64,000 nucleotides of DNA from Nymphaea colorata (lineage: Eukaryota), in assembly GCF_008831285.2 (NCBI RefSeq), contig NC_045138.2:35898001-35962000 (forward strand), read 5' to 3'. Below the pieces are notes generated by a model. The model searched no databases. It worked only from the letters and a program-made list of their open reading frames with translations, and was not told where the DNA came from. Below, piece after piece: positions 52,381 to 64,000 of the stretch. Both the position numbers and the translations under genes were made by a program. Each line of letters starts with the position of its first letter. Positions within the stretch are counted from its first letter, which is position 1.

Positions 52381-55073
52381 TTATCAACAACTCAATGGAA
52401 AAAAACGCAATTTATTCACTAATTCAGCACCCAATTTGGTACACTTTTGGATGACTACAATTTATTCACTGAAATACAATTCTTTTTTATTTTTTATATA
52501 CATTAACTAATTTTTAAAAAACTTTTACATATAAATTAAATTTTTAAAAGCTAAAAAGACAGGGTGCAGCAAGGCCCTCACGGACCCCCTGCCTCTGCCC
52601 TTGTCTTATGTCAATTTTAAAAAAAAAATAAACTAGTTATTTTTTTATAAGCATTCTCACGCGTAACATTATGCAGATCAACAAAATTATTTGTTTACAT
52701 TTTATAAAATCTTAATCACACACCCAACAAATATTTGTACTGATTTTTTTTCATGAAAAGGGTTCGATGTTTTAAATTGTAGCTGGCGACTGAGGATTGA
52801 CGGCTGGGGACCAGTGAAAGAAGAAATGGCAGTCACCAACCACCAGTGACTGACGAAATGGTGTGAGATGATGGGTTTTGTTATCTATTTATTTTTGTTT
52901 ATATATGCAACTTATAAATGCATGTGTTAGAAAAGCAAAAATAAATAAAGGCGGGTACTTTTGCAAAACAATTCTTTGTCCAATTTCATATGCCTTGCTT
53001 ACTTGCCTATACATAATAATTGATTTCCCTCCCATCAGCTATACAAACATTTTTAGTTAGGAATTCTCATATATTACTACACGTAAACGGTATTAAGTGG
53101 ACACTGTCTAATGAAAACTCTTCTTTCCCTTTCTTTATCCACTGTTGCAAACTTACTAGAAATTAAGTTAAAAATTTCTGGCTAACGGAGCAGTACTATT
53201 TAAGTTTTAAACTTTAAAGGACATTCATTTCTAAAAGTTTTAAAAAATAAATGAAATATCAATACATAAATAAAGTTAATTTTGTGGGTTGGTGTGGAAA
53301 TATAATTAAGCTCTGCTACAGATCATGAACGTCCATCAATGGCATTGGCATATATTTTATGGCAAACCCCGTGTTTTTCTGCCTACAGAAATTGTGGATG
53401 GCATATTGAGGGTGACCCCTCAGTGGCGTAAGCAGCAGAATGACAATTCTTTATATATATGTGGCGGGCGAGGCATGAGGAAAAGAAGAAGCACGTTATT
53501 TATTTTGCCATTTCTCCACCTCCTCGCGCCATCTCATAAACTCTGCTATCCATACACGGGTGGAGTTCAGAATTTTTAATGAAAAAAAAAAAAGTTGAAT
53601 TACAGCTTTAAAATTTTGATAAGGGTTAAATTATTATTTTATAAAATTTTTATATATAATAAAATTCAAAATTTACATGTAATTTTTTTTTTCTTTTGAA
53701 TAAGGGTCAAGGCTCTTGCAGGTCCTTTCGCTCCTGCCTATACATCTTTACCATTAGGCAATGGGAGTAATTTCCATACGAAGAGAAGCTGATCCTTGTT
53801 CATTTTTGTGTGTTCAATTGCCCACACAAGCCGCAAACATTACAAATAAATTGAACTTCGTCATCACAAGTTCGCTGATAAAAAGATATATGATTTGATT
53901 ATTGATATACTATTCAAAGAATAAATATTTACCGCAATATTCACTGCTAAACTCCATGAGTTTATGTTACGTTTAAAAAGGACAGGGTCTAAACTATTAG
54001 AATTTAGACCCCCATTCAAAAAAAAAAAAAAATCCAGCCCCACAACAAGAAAATCTCAGCTCCACCACCGGATAGGATAATGTGAAACTTTTAATTCCAA
54101 TATATATCTTGGAAAACTCAAATTAACAAGGCCAATTCTGTTGAAGTGGACTCTATGGAGAAATAAATGTTCAGCCTTTTACAATAGATCTACATACTCG
54201 TTTTTTGCTTCTTGAAGTTCTAAGATATGCACAATGTATAACTGAAAGTGGATCCTTTGGAAGTTCATTCTTTCTTCTTCACTGCGTCCCGCGTTAGACA
54301 CCCAGTGGCTGGAGACTGGAGACTAGTGATTGATGTTTGGGGACCAGCGACGGCAGAAATGGCTGTCACCAACCAACCACCACGTGTGACTGACTGAAAT
54401 GTTTTGAGATGATGGATATTTTTATCTATTTCTTTTTTGTTTTAGGTTTTATTTTTATTTATCAACAGAAAAATCAGTGGCCAGCGATTTCTAGTTATCT
54501 CTCTTTCTGCATTGAAACCCTTTGTCGTGATTGTAGGTTCCTGAGAACCTGAAAAAGAGGGAGCTGAGACTGTCGTCGTCATCTTTAGGAGGTCTTGCAC
54601 ATCGTTCTTTCTTCTTCACTGCGTCCGGCGTTAGACGACCTAGAGACTAACGAATTGTGGTTGGAAACTGGCAATTAACGTTTGGGGACCAGCAATGGAA
54701 GAAATGGCTGTCACCAACCACCGGTGACTGATGAAATGTTTTGGCATGATGGGTTTTTTTTTTAGGTTTTATTTTTTTTTATCATCGAAAAAACCAGCGG
54801 CCAGCGATTTCTAGTTATCTCTCTCACCATTGGCATTGAAATGAAACCCTTTGTCGTGATTGTAAGTCCCTGAAACCCAAAAAGAGGGGAGCAAAGGCTG
54901 TCGTCTCTGACATCATAATGATCGTCTTTCTTTTGTTGCTTCAAATGGTCGGTTGGTGGCTGAGATGGTTGAAGCTTGGGAGGAGGGCTGCTGCTAGTAA
55001 TATATATACATCTGCTAGTTATATTTACTTTAGAGAGAGGAAATATGGAGCTGGCTATAAGGATAAATGGTCA

Positions 55074-55285
55074 ACTGGTGTTTGAGTGACCGAGTGAGGT
55101 CTTAAAATCGGCAGTCTGTCTTAAAACTCCCGAGCACCATCTTTCGACTGCGGAGAACACTTTGTTTAAGGGAAGACGGTATGGCCGTAGCTGGTGGGGC
55201 TTGCTTCCGGAAGCAAACGACAGACTTACAGAGCTAGTTCCCTTGATCTTGATGGAAGCGCGAAAAAGGGTGAAACGCTATGAAC
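55074..55285 (-). pseudogene. Orphan TPS first exon, copy B (internally deleted, donor lost)
   Basis: Homologous to 37203-37428; RRx8W region partly deleted and CAG|GT changed to CAG|TT. Confidence 0.65.
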
Positions 55286-57050
55286 GAATTGGCCTGGGCA
55301 TCCGGCCGGATAAGGGCCGGCCTGATCCAACCAGTCGAGCCACTCAGCTCGACCCGGCCAGTCGAGCCGCTCAGCTCGACCCGAACCTGGACCCAGCCCG
55401 GCATGCCCTCCTGACCCCCTTTCCCGCCCTCCCGACCCCCGCCTTCCCGTCACCCTCTGATAGAGGAGGAGGGGGACAGAGAAGGGAGGGGGAGCGGCGA
55501 CGAGGAGGAGGGGCCGGCCTAGGCGAGACTTCAAATTTGGTGGAAGCTAGAACTCTAATGAAAATGAAAGACAAAGGAGGAAACAAGAAGCACATGGTTT
55601 GGTTCCTCAAAACCTATCCACCAATGGAAAGGAAAACCTCTCTCTTCCTAGAAAGTTCATTAGCAAATAAAAAGTTTAAGTACAAGAAATTTTTTCTTCC
55701 CATTCTCTTTCTGTAGTTATCATGGAGTTGCTTGTGAGTTGTGACTATAAGCAAGTTTGAACAACCATTTCTTTAACATATAAACAAGGGAAATGTGTGT
55801 GTTAAAAGTGCCGAATGAATTTAACTAATTTTTGGGTTAGATGAATAAGACAATATCCATATATTATTGTTCTCAAACCGCCTCATATGAAACACTATAT
55901 TTCATTTTTGGTCACGTAGTGTGTGCTTAGATTATGAAGTGCCATGGCTAGGGGGCTGGCCATCCGCCCACCCACTTTTGAGATTTTAAAAATTCAAGAT
56001 TTACGTATTATATTTTCAAAAAACTTTGTTTGGCCCTTGTGAAAGTTTTGAAAACTATAATGAACCCCTTTCCAAAAAAAGAAAAAAAAAATTCTAGCCC
56101 CCCACCAAAAAAAATCCCAGCTCCACCACCGGATAGGAGCAAGTGAGACTTCAATTCCAATATATATCTTGAAGTTGTTAAATTAACAAGGTCAATTCTA
56201 CTGAAGCGGAGTCTATGGAGAAATAAATGTTCAGCCTTTTACAATAGATCAACAAACTCTTGTTGTTGCTTCTTCAAGCTCTAAGATATATGCACAATGT
56301 ATAACTGAAAGTGGATCTTTTGGAGGTTCATTCTTTCTTTTCACTGCGTCCCGCGTTAGACGCCCAGTAGCTAGAGACCAACAAATTGTGGCTGGAGACT
56401 GACGATTGACGTTTGGGGACCAGCCACGGAAGAAATGGCTGTCACCAACCACCGGTGACTGACGAAATGTTTTGAGATCATGGGTATTTTTGTTTAGGTT
56501 TTATTTTTATTTATCATAAAACCAGTGGCCAGCGATTTCTAGTTATCTCTCTCTCTCTCACCATTGGCATTGAAACCCTTTGTCGTGATTGTAGGCTCTG
56601 AAAACCTAAAAAAGAAGGAGCCGGGGCTGTCGTCATCGTCTTCCTTTTGTTGCTTCAAATGGCCGGTGGCTGAGATGCACTGTCTGTCTGGTGAGGTTGA
56701 AGCTGGGGAGGAGGGCTGTTGCGATGGACGCTCATGCCCAACGGGTATTGTTTTTCCTTCCTTCTTCTTGAAATTATGTTTATAAAATTTTCCAAAAAAA
56801 GTTTTCAAAAATCAACCCAACGGCCAGTTTTTTTCATCAAAAATTTTTTAAAAAATTGAATTTTATTTTCAGCGCTATAGGATATTTTCTGCCCATCAAG
56901 CGTACACTAGAGGACTCAAGTAAATAGAGTTAAAACGCTATTATTGAAATTTGATGCGCATAATAAATTATACGTATACATCCGCTAGTTATATTTACAT
57001 TGAAGAGAGGAAATCTGGGCTGGCTATAAACAGTGGGGATAAAAGGTCAC

Positions 57051-57240
57051 CTGGTGTTTGAGTGACTGAATGAGATCATCAGTCCACTCGGGGGTCTTAA
57101 ATCCCGCAGTCCGTCTTGAAAAACTCCCGACTGTCTGAGAACACTTTGTTTTGGGGAAGGCGGTAAGGCCGCGGCTGGTGGGGCTCGCATCCCAATGCGA
57201 ACAACGTACTTACAGTTCCGAACCCAACTTCTCGTTCTGC
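57051..57240 (-). pseudogene. Orphan TPS first exon, copy C
   Basis: Encodes SRRTAGFKTPEWTDDLIQSLKHQ (canonical RRx8W) followed by a phase-0 donor CAG|GTGACC; upstream part frameshifted and ATG changed to ACG. Confidence 0.75.
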
Positions 57241-57553
57241 GACATTTGTTGTGCTCTGCTTACTCAAACGCCCGCTTAGATCCACAGGCTTTACAGATGA
57301 AGTGTAATACATCAGTTCTCTCAACACGTAGCTCCACATTGGGGTGGGCATCAAAGATGCTTTTTAGTTGGGTTTCCCCCTTTTTTTCACGGACCTTTCT
57401 GGAAGCCTTTTAATTGAAAAAGTGAACATGTTCTCTTACTCCTCAAGAGCGTCGTCGTCCAGAGGCCCTTAGACTTCCCGCTGCTACAGAGTTTAGAAAC
57501 TTGATAAGCATTGGACATTGATCACCAGCCGCGGCATCACCAACCTTTGGACA

Positions 57554-57757
57554 CAAAGGTGGAGCTGAGCAGAAATTTTTTTTTTATGAGGGGGAAAATT
57601 TCTAAATTTTGACATTTTTCAAAATTTTATGTAGGATAAGTGAAATTTTATAAAATTTACAAGCAAATTTAGCCCTTGAATTTCAAAATTTTTATATAGA
57701 ATAAGTGAAATTTTATAAAATTTAGAAGCAAATTTAGCCCTTGGAGCTCCGCCTTTG
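57554..57757. mobile_element. hAT-type MITE
   Basis: TIR CAAAGGTGGAGCT / AGCTCCGCCTTTG; TSD TTTGGACA/GTTGGACA; a deleted remnant flanked by GTTGGACA repeats sits at the paralogous site ~37567-37647. Confidence 0.75.
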
Positions 57758-58803
57758 GTTGGACAGTCTTAATGACTCTCAATAGGTCTGTGTTGATCCA
57801 ATGGGCATCGATAGTGACTACCTCCGTCGTAACAGCCTTTGGGTAGCAAGTCTGATGACTGAAATTATTGTTGGAAGACAAGCAATGCATCGACGTCTCT
57901 TCCCCATACATGTTGGCACGCACAAACTGAAAAAATACCTGACCAAAAAACAACAAGGTGGTGCACAAGGAAAAGTAAGATCAACTATCATACTTTCCAG
58001 ATGTTTCTAAAATTAACATGCATTGTCACATGGTAAACTTAATTTGCTTCTTTACTAAAGTTATCATACTTTCCGGATGTTTTTCATGAGTTCGGAAGGT
58101 CAATTATCAAGTCCATGTCTAAGATTTTCATACCGAAGGCGATTGATGGGATATTATGAAATTGTCGTGAAGCTCGGCTCCTGACCACCAGCTTCGCAAA
58201 TTAACCTTTGAAATTAATATGTACTCCAAAGCGAATCAACATGTGTATATAGGCTATAAAAAATTTAAATTTAAACGGATTTTCAATTTGTTTTTTATTA
58301 GTATGTTAGCTGGATAAGGAATTAATGCATGTTTTGGCCGATCATATGGTTTGATTCAATCTCCTATATGCTAATTTTCTAAGGCACCCGATTCGCAGTG
58401 TATCTGCCAATACATTAACGTTCTACATTTCCCTCATTTTGAATTGATGTCTGCGGTCCAGATTGTCTGGATAAAGAGAAAAGAAGATGGTACTATGTGC
58501 ACCATGCACATGCTTTTCTTCCAACTGTATTTCTGGCCCACTTGCATTCGGTTCCCAGCCCACCAGCTTTACGTAAGCAAAAAAGAAAACGAGGATCATC
58601 ACCCTTTACCCGTGGAATTAAATAATGGATCATCACGAGAATCACATTTTTCGGATCCTGCAGTGCAGACCAAGGTTGGTTATCTTGTCCTATAAATTAA
58701 TTAGAGGCTTCTTCCTCCAATTGATTGTGCTCCAGTTCCACACAATCGACGCCCGCCTTTGAGTCTTTTCATCGAATCCATAATTGGTTCTTCTGTTGCG
58801 AAT

Positions 58804-61800
58804 ATGGTTCAAGGTCTAGGTTGCAACATCTCCATCCTCAAAACTGAGGAACTGAAGCAGAAAGTAAGGAGCAAGCTCAATGATACCATCGACGAGTCGG
58901 AGCTCTTGAAATCTATCGACTCTCTCCATCGCCTCGATGTTGCTTACCACTTCTCTCAAGAGATGGAAACTAAGTTGAGCTCCATCTACCATAAATTTGG
59001 AAGATTCGACACTGACGATCATGACTTGCATTCAGTAGCCCTTCGATTCAGACTCTTACGGCAGCATGGCTTCTGCGTCTCCCCAGGTGAATCCAATCCA
59101 AGCCGGATAGTTCTGACCCATCTTCAAATTCCAGCACTCCCTTGGTCATGTTTTCCTCCCCTGCATTGTGCATTAAAAAGTAAAGAGGCTCATGCAGTTA
59201 GCCTCAGGTGAATAGCATAGTTTCGCAGGGTAGAGACGCACACAACTTACACACGCAGTAAGAGTGGAGCGACGTTTGTGAAATTTTTTTAAAAGCAACC
59301 ATGCACCAATATGACGCATATAACTAGGTTCGGGCTGAAATGTGTCTTAGAGATTTTTATGACATGCCTCTGCATTTAAATGGCGGGGGTACACTACATA
59401 AAAGGGAGTATCAGTGTGATCATTAAAAGGGAGTATCGCTGCGATCCCTGACAGCCACCTATCTCAAGACCGGTCTTGGAAGCTAAGAGAATAGGGAGAC
59501 TTCGAGGTCTTGTTGGGATGGTGGGTCGTCATTTTCTCACTTGCCTGCAAAATTTAATCGTCAAATTTAATACTAAAGAATTTTATAGCTCTTATGTGAT
59601 TGAATTGGCAGATCTGTGTATACAACAAATTCATGTGGGGAAGTCTGGTTGATGGACAGGAAGTAACAGAAAATATTGGACAATCGATCGATATCAAGAT
59701 GCATTCGAGAAAAGATACCATGCATGACACTCGCTACTTTTTCCTTCCCTTTAGTTGCTAGATAGTTGAACTAATTCTTTCTTATTTTATGACGTAGATG
59801 TATTCCAAAGGTTCAAGGATGAGGAAGGGAGATTCGACCTCGGTTTGGCAAAAGATGCAAGTGGTTTGATGAGCTTGTATGAAGCTGCACAGCTTGAACA
59901 TCCAGGAGAAGACATCCTCGAAGAGGCCAAAAACTTTGCTACATCACACCTTCAGGCATTAGTTCCATTTCTTGAACCCTCTCAAGCCAAGCAAGTAGAG
60001 CATGTGCTAGAGCACCCTTTCCATAAGACCTTGCCTAGGATTGAGGCAAGACGTTGTATAGACATTTTCAATGATGGATGCGAAATAGATCGAGATATGG
60101 TAGACCTAGCGATTTTGGACTTCAACCACATCCAGTCCATTCACCAAACAGAGCTTCAAGAATTTTCTCGGTAAACCTTTTTCATTCTTTCTTTGGATCT
60201 TACACTCTCGTTTTCTCTTCGCTTGTTTTCAAAAAAAATAAAAAAATAATTTCTGTGCTGCGATTAACATATATTGCACGTTCTAATATATTTGAGGAAT
60301 TCTTGAAGGTGGTGGGAAGGGACAGGAATAAGTAAGGAAATGGGATCTCTTATAAGGAACCAACCTATCCTTTGGTTCATGTTATCCTGTTTGGCGTTGC
60401 CAGAGCCACAGTTCTCAAGGTGCAGGATTGAACTTGCCAAACTTACAGCGTTGGTCTTTGTAATTGATGATTTATTTGATGTTTGTGGAGAGTTGGAAGA
60501 TCTGGTCGTCTTCACTGAAGCTGTCGACAGGTAAACTATTAATCTTGTAACGCCAATTCTGATCGATTAGTTGCATTCGTCTCAATTAGATCTGGTGAAA
60601 TTTTCACCTATGGGTAAAAGTACTCTTCAAAAAAGGACTTGTGTCACGCCCACAATCTTGATCGGTGGTCCATGTGATCAAGTCATCGATTAGTCTCATT
60701 AAGTTTGTCTTTGTTCATGTTCCTTAGGACTTGTTGGCCACCAAGTAGTCTCTCCTGGCTCTGAAAAATACAGACACAGATCCAATATGTAAATTTGGTG
60801 ACACCAAACAGATCTCACATCCAACATGATCAAGCGGTTAACTATTTGTAGATATGTATTTGATATTACTGACTGTTTTCACTGATAAATCACAATTGGA
60901 TTTTCAGTTTGGACCCAACATCTGTGGAGCCGCTTCCCAACTGCATGAACTTGTGCTTCGTGGCTTTAATGAACGTAGTGAAAAACGGAATTGGATTTTT
61001 GGCCCTTAAACCGCAGGACAGCGTCGACATACTCCATCGTTCCAATGCAATGGTATGGCTGCCAATTCTTTCATGTCTTCTACAATGCGTTTGTTTGGTC
61101 ATGTCCACCAGTCTTCATGTTCCATTTATTAAGTCTGCCCCAGTTCATTGTTGATGGCCCCAAATCACCAGCACTACTAAGGTTGTTTAATTTTGAAATT
61201 TCCAGTGGGGGTCTCTCTGCAAAGCGTTTCTGCAGGAGGCAAGATGGTTGAGACTGGAGGATGCTCCAACTGCAAACGAGTACCTAAAGAACGCGACCAC
61301 CACCAGCGGCTTGATTCTTTATCTAACCTATGCCTACTTCATCTTGGCCTGCCAGCAGATGTCAATTATGAAGCCGCTCGACGCCACTCCAAGCCTCATC
61401 CACCTTCCTGCAGCTATATTTCGACTGTGGGATGATCTTGGTACCTCCAGAGTATGATGGCACCCATCTCTAGATATCCCTCTCTCTCTCTCTCTTTCTC
61501 TAATGTAATCTTCTTGTCGTGTTTTTATCAGGATGAAAAGGATCGAGGATATGATGCTTCCTACATAGAGTTCTATGTAAAGGAGTACGATGTTTCGGAA
61601 GAATGCGCACGCAAGGAAACTTTGAATTTGATTGGTGATGCGTGGAGGAAGCTGAACCAGGCAAGCATGCAAAGTGGTCTTCATGATTTTCCTCCTGCCT
61701 TCATCAGGTTTGCCCTTAATTGTGCTCGCGTTGGGCAGCTGTTATATGCGTTTGGCAAAGACGATCGGCAAACGACCATCGAGGAACACATTAGAAAGAT

Positions 61801-61825
61801 GCTTATTGAAAAAATTCATGTTTGA
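58804..61825 (+). CDS. TPS: Terpene synthase, TPS-g-like, 6 exons, 520 aa, apparently intact, no transit peptide or RRx8W
   Basis: Exons 58804-59086, 59798-60170, 60309-60530, 60908-61052, 61206-61451, 61532-61825 join in frame (1563 nt). Motifs FRLLRQHG, LMSLYEAA, DDLFD, RLWDDLGTSRDE. Confidence 0.9.
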
Positions 61826-63492
61826 CCGCGGCCACCCGCGTGTCTTGGATGGCATTTTTCATCAAAGATAAAACGAGAAAAGTGAGGTCCTGACAGCATG
61901 TAGACTGTCTCCGATGGCGATCAGGCTCTGCTCCATGTAAGCCCATGGAATGCTTCATGGTCCGGCATAACTGACCGTCTTATTCAAGACGAAGAAATGT
62001 CGAAAGTCTAATTACAATATGAACGTCTGAAACTTCTGTATTAGATGATCGCTTCTCTTATCTGTAATAGACGACTAGTCTACTTACTTTTTGGGGATGT
62101 TCGATCGAGGAATAAAACTGTGGACAGAAGTTGCTTTCAACTTTATTGACAAGCGCCTACTGAAGTCACTCCAATCCTAGTCCAAGACTAATTTCTGGCT
62201 GCTAAATGGAGATTTAATATGATCAATCTTTCACAACCACTTCTTTAAAGCAACCTTCTCTTCCATATCCGGGCCATCCGTGCAACTTTGCCTAATACAT
62301 ACGCTTACTTTGTGCAAATACAAATCAACATGTCTCCATGGGGTGAAAAGAGGCAAAGGATAAATGTATGCCAATTAATTGCTCATTTCACTAATCTTCC
62401 GTGATCCTCTTTCTGCCTCATTAGGGTATAGAAAGAAAGAGAGGCATACTGCACACGCTCATATATCCAGCTTGAAGTTTCTTATTATTTTTAGTCAACT
62501 TTGTGTGTGTGTATATATATATGTATAAGGTTAAGAAAGTAAAAAAGAACTAGTAGTTTCAAGGATAAGCCATACATTATTAAGGTTAAGAAAGCTGGTA
62601 TAAGCCAAACATAAAGGCAATTTAAGTTTAATTGTGTTAAGGAAAATACCAAAGTGTTGTTGCTCATTCATGGGCATGCCATCTAGAAAACAGTTACTGC
62701 AAAGAAAAAAAAACAATTGGTAAAACCTTTTGCCCTTCTTTAATCTGCCTTTAGAAAAATTACGATAGGATTATGATTAAGAAAAAAAAAGAACAACAAA
62801 TTTGAAAGGAATTTCTAGCTTTCTTTGTTGATTTTCCGTCGTGTGGATGATGTTCTATGATTACGTGTTAGAATGCTGGACACCAAAAATCAAGTCGTGT
62901 TTGTTGAAATTTCTTGGTTCATGAAAAGTGAACCGTGAATGTCATGGCTTAATAGTCATTCGTACGATGGATTTTTCTGCAACTTGGAAGGCCAGCTTAT
63001 GCATATATACTGTTCCCTTAGAGGCCGTTTGACAAGACACGCGTGTCCTGTTTAGTAAATTTTTTCATCAAACATTGGACACAGGACAGACTGGATAGAA
63101 CGGACAGCTGAAAGAAGGTATAAATAATTTTTTTGTTCCGTTCTGTTTCGAGCTAACCCTCAGAACAAACAGGACAGAAATTCATCTCCTCCCCCCTGAC
63201 CCCAACCCCGAGCCCTCGACCTCTGCCCCCATCTCCTTCTCCTCCACCTCCGCCTCCATCTCCCCTGCCTTTCTCCTCTTCCCCCATTTTGTTGTCCCAT
63301 ACCAGAGCAGGATCTCGGCGAGCGCATCGCCTGCAAGAACGTGGCTGCATCGTCCTCCTCCACTCTGTCGTCTTCATCGCAGTCCCAGCCCGACCTTGAT
63401 CCCTTGGAGACGAGGTTCCGATCCGTTCTCCCGACCCTCCTCCGCTCCTCTTTTTAGGGAAGGACAGAGAAATAATCGCCATACTGAAGCTA

Positions 63493-64000
63493 TTGACGAT
63501 AGTTTACAAAATTGATGGCGAGATGTTGCGTAACTCCTATGTTTGTGCTGAACTCATCCACATGTACGGTGGTCTGGGCTGCATAGACTCTGCTCGCCAA
63601 GTATTTGACGAAATGTCTGCAAGAAACGAGGTGGTTTGGTCTTTGATGATCTCCAAATACATCCATAATGGATATGTTGGGGAGGCTATGAGTTTGTTTT
63701 CTCGGATGCGATATGAGGAATTCTCTTTTAATTCATTCGTCATGGTCAGCCTGATTAGATCTTCAGCTCGCCTTATCGATTTGAGTCTTGGTTCTTGCAA
63801 CCATGGTTGCGTTATAAAAAGTGGTTTGGCAGGCGATTCTTTCGTAAGGACCTCTTTGGTGGACATGTATGTGAAATGTGGATGTATTAATGGCTCTCAT
63901 TGAGCTCTTGGGGAAGTTCTTGAACCTAATATAGCTACATGGAATTCCATTATCTCTGGGTTAGTGAATCGTTGCTTGTTTGGTGATGTTGTGCGATTGT
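63493..64000 (+). pseudogene. PLS-class pentatricopeptide repeat sequence with an in-frame stop; runs off the window
   Basis: ARQVFDEMSARNEVVWSLMI, HGCVIKSG, SLVDMYVKCG; TGA at 63901 followed by in-frame EPNIATWNSIISG. Confidence 0.8.

Larger units (their letters stand above)
52905..62525 (+). repeat. Duplicated block paralogous to ~27900-49820 (minus the hAT, Harbinger and TRIM inserts); ends approximate
   Basis: Collinear matches by eye: 27905~52910, 33932~53321, 35972~54045, 35380~55518, 37690~57775, 38604~58804, 49500~62212. Confidence 0.88.

Noticed and set aside
55162..55716. 184-aa + strand ORF
   Set aside because: Runs across the antisense of an orphan TPS exon and a GC-rich repeat relic; not conserved in the paralogous block.

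Overview
Plant nuclear DNA (angiosperm; species not determinable from the window). Left third: a 3-exon LRR receptor-like pseudokinase (- strand, ~1073 aa), tRNA-Glu(TTC), and a 2-exon C-terminal SUN-domain nuclear envelope gene. From ~22.7 to 62 kb is a terpene synthase (TPS-g-like) birth-and-death cluster built from local duplications. It holds one intact 7-exon TPS (-), one intact 6-exon TPS lacking the usual first exon (+), a triply disrupted paralog, two TPS fragments and three orphan RRx8W/transit-peptide first exons pointing the opposite way. Insertions in the cluster, most confirmed by empty sites in the paralogous block, are a 5.2-kb hAT element, a 5.96-kb PIF/Harbinger element, a TRIM and several MITEs. 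A PPR fragment with an in-frame stop ends the window. The most unusual object is the Harbinger element. Besides Myb/SANT and DDE transposase genes it carries a third ORF for a stand-alone RNase H1 hybrid-binding (Cauli_VI/mini-TAV-like) domain with a hydrophobic tail. Its splice signals predict one tricistronic mRNA: Myb stop, 10 nt, transposase ATG, then a transposase stop overlapping the third ORF start (A-TGA-TG).
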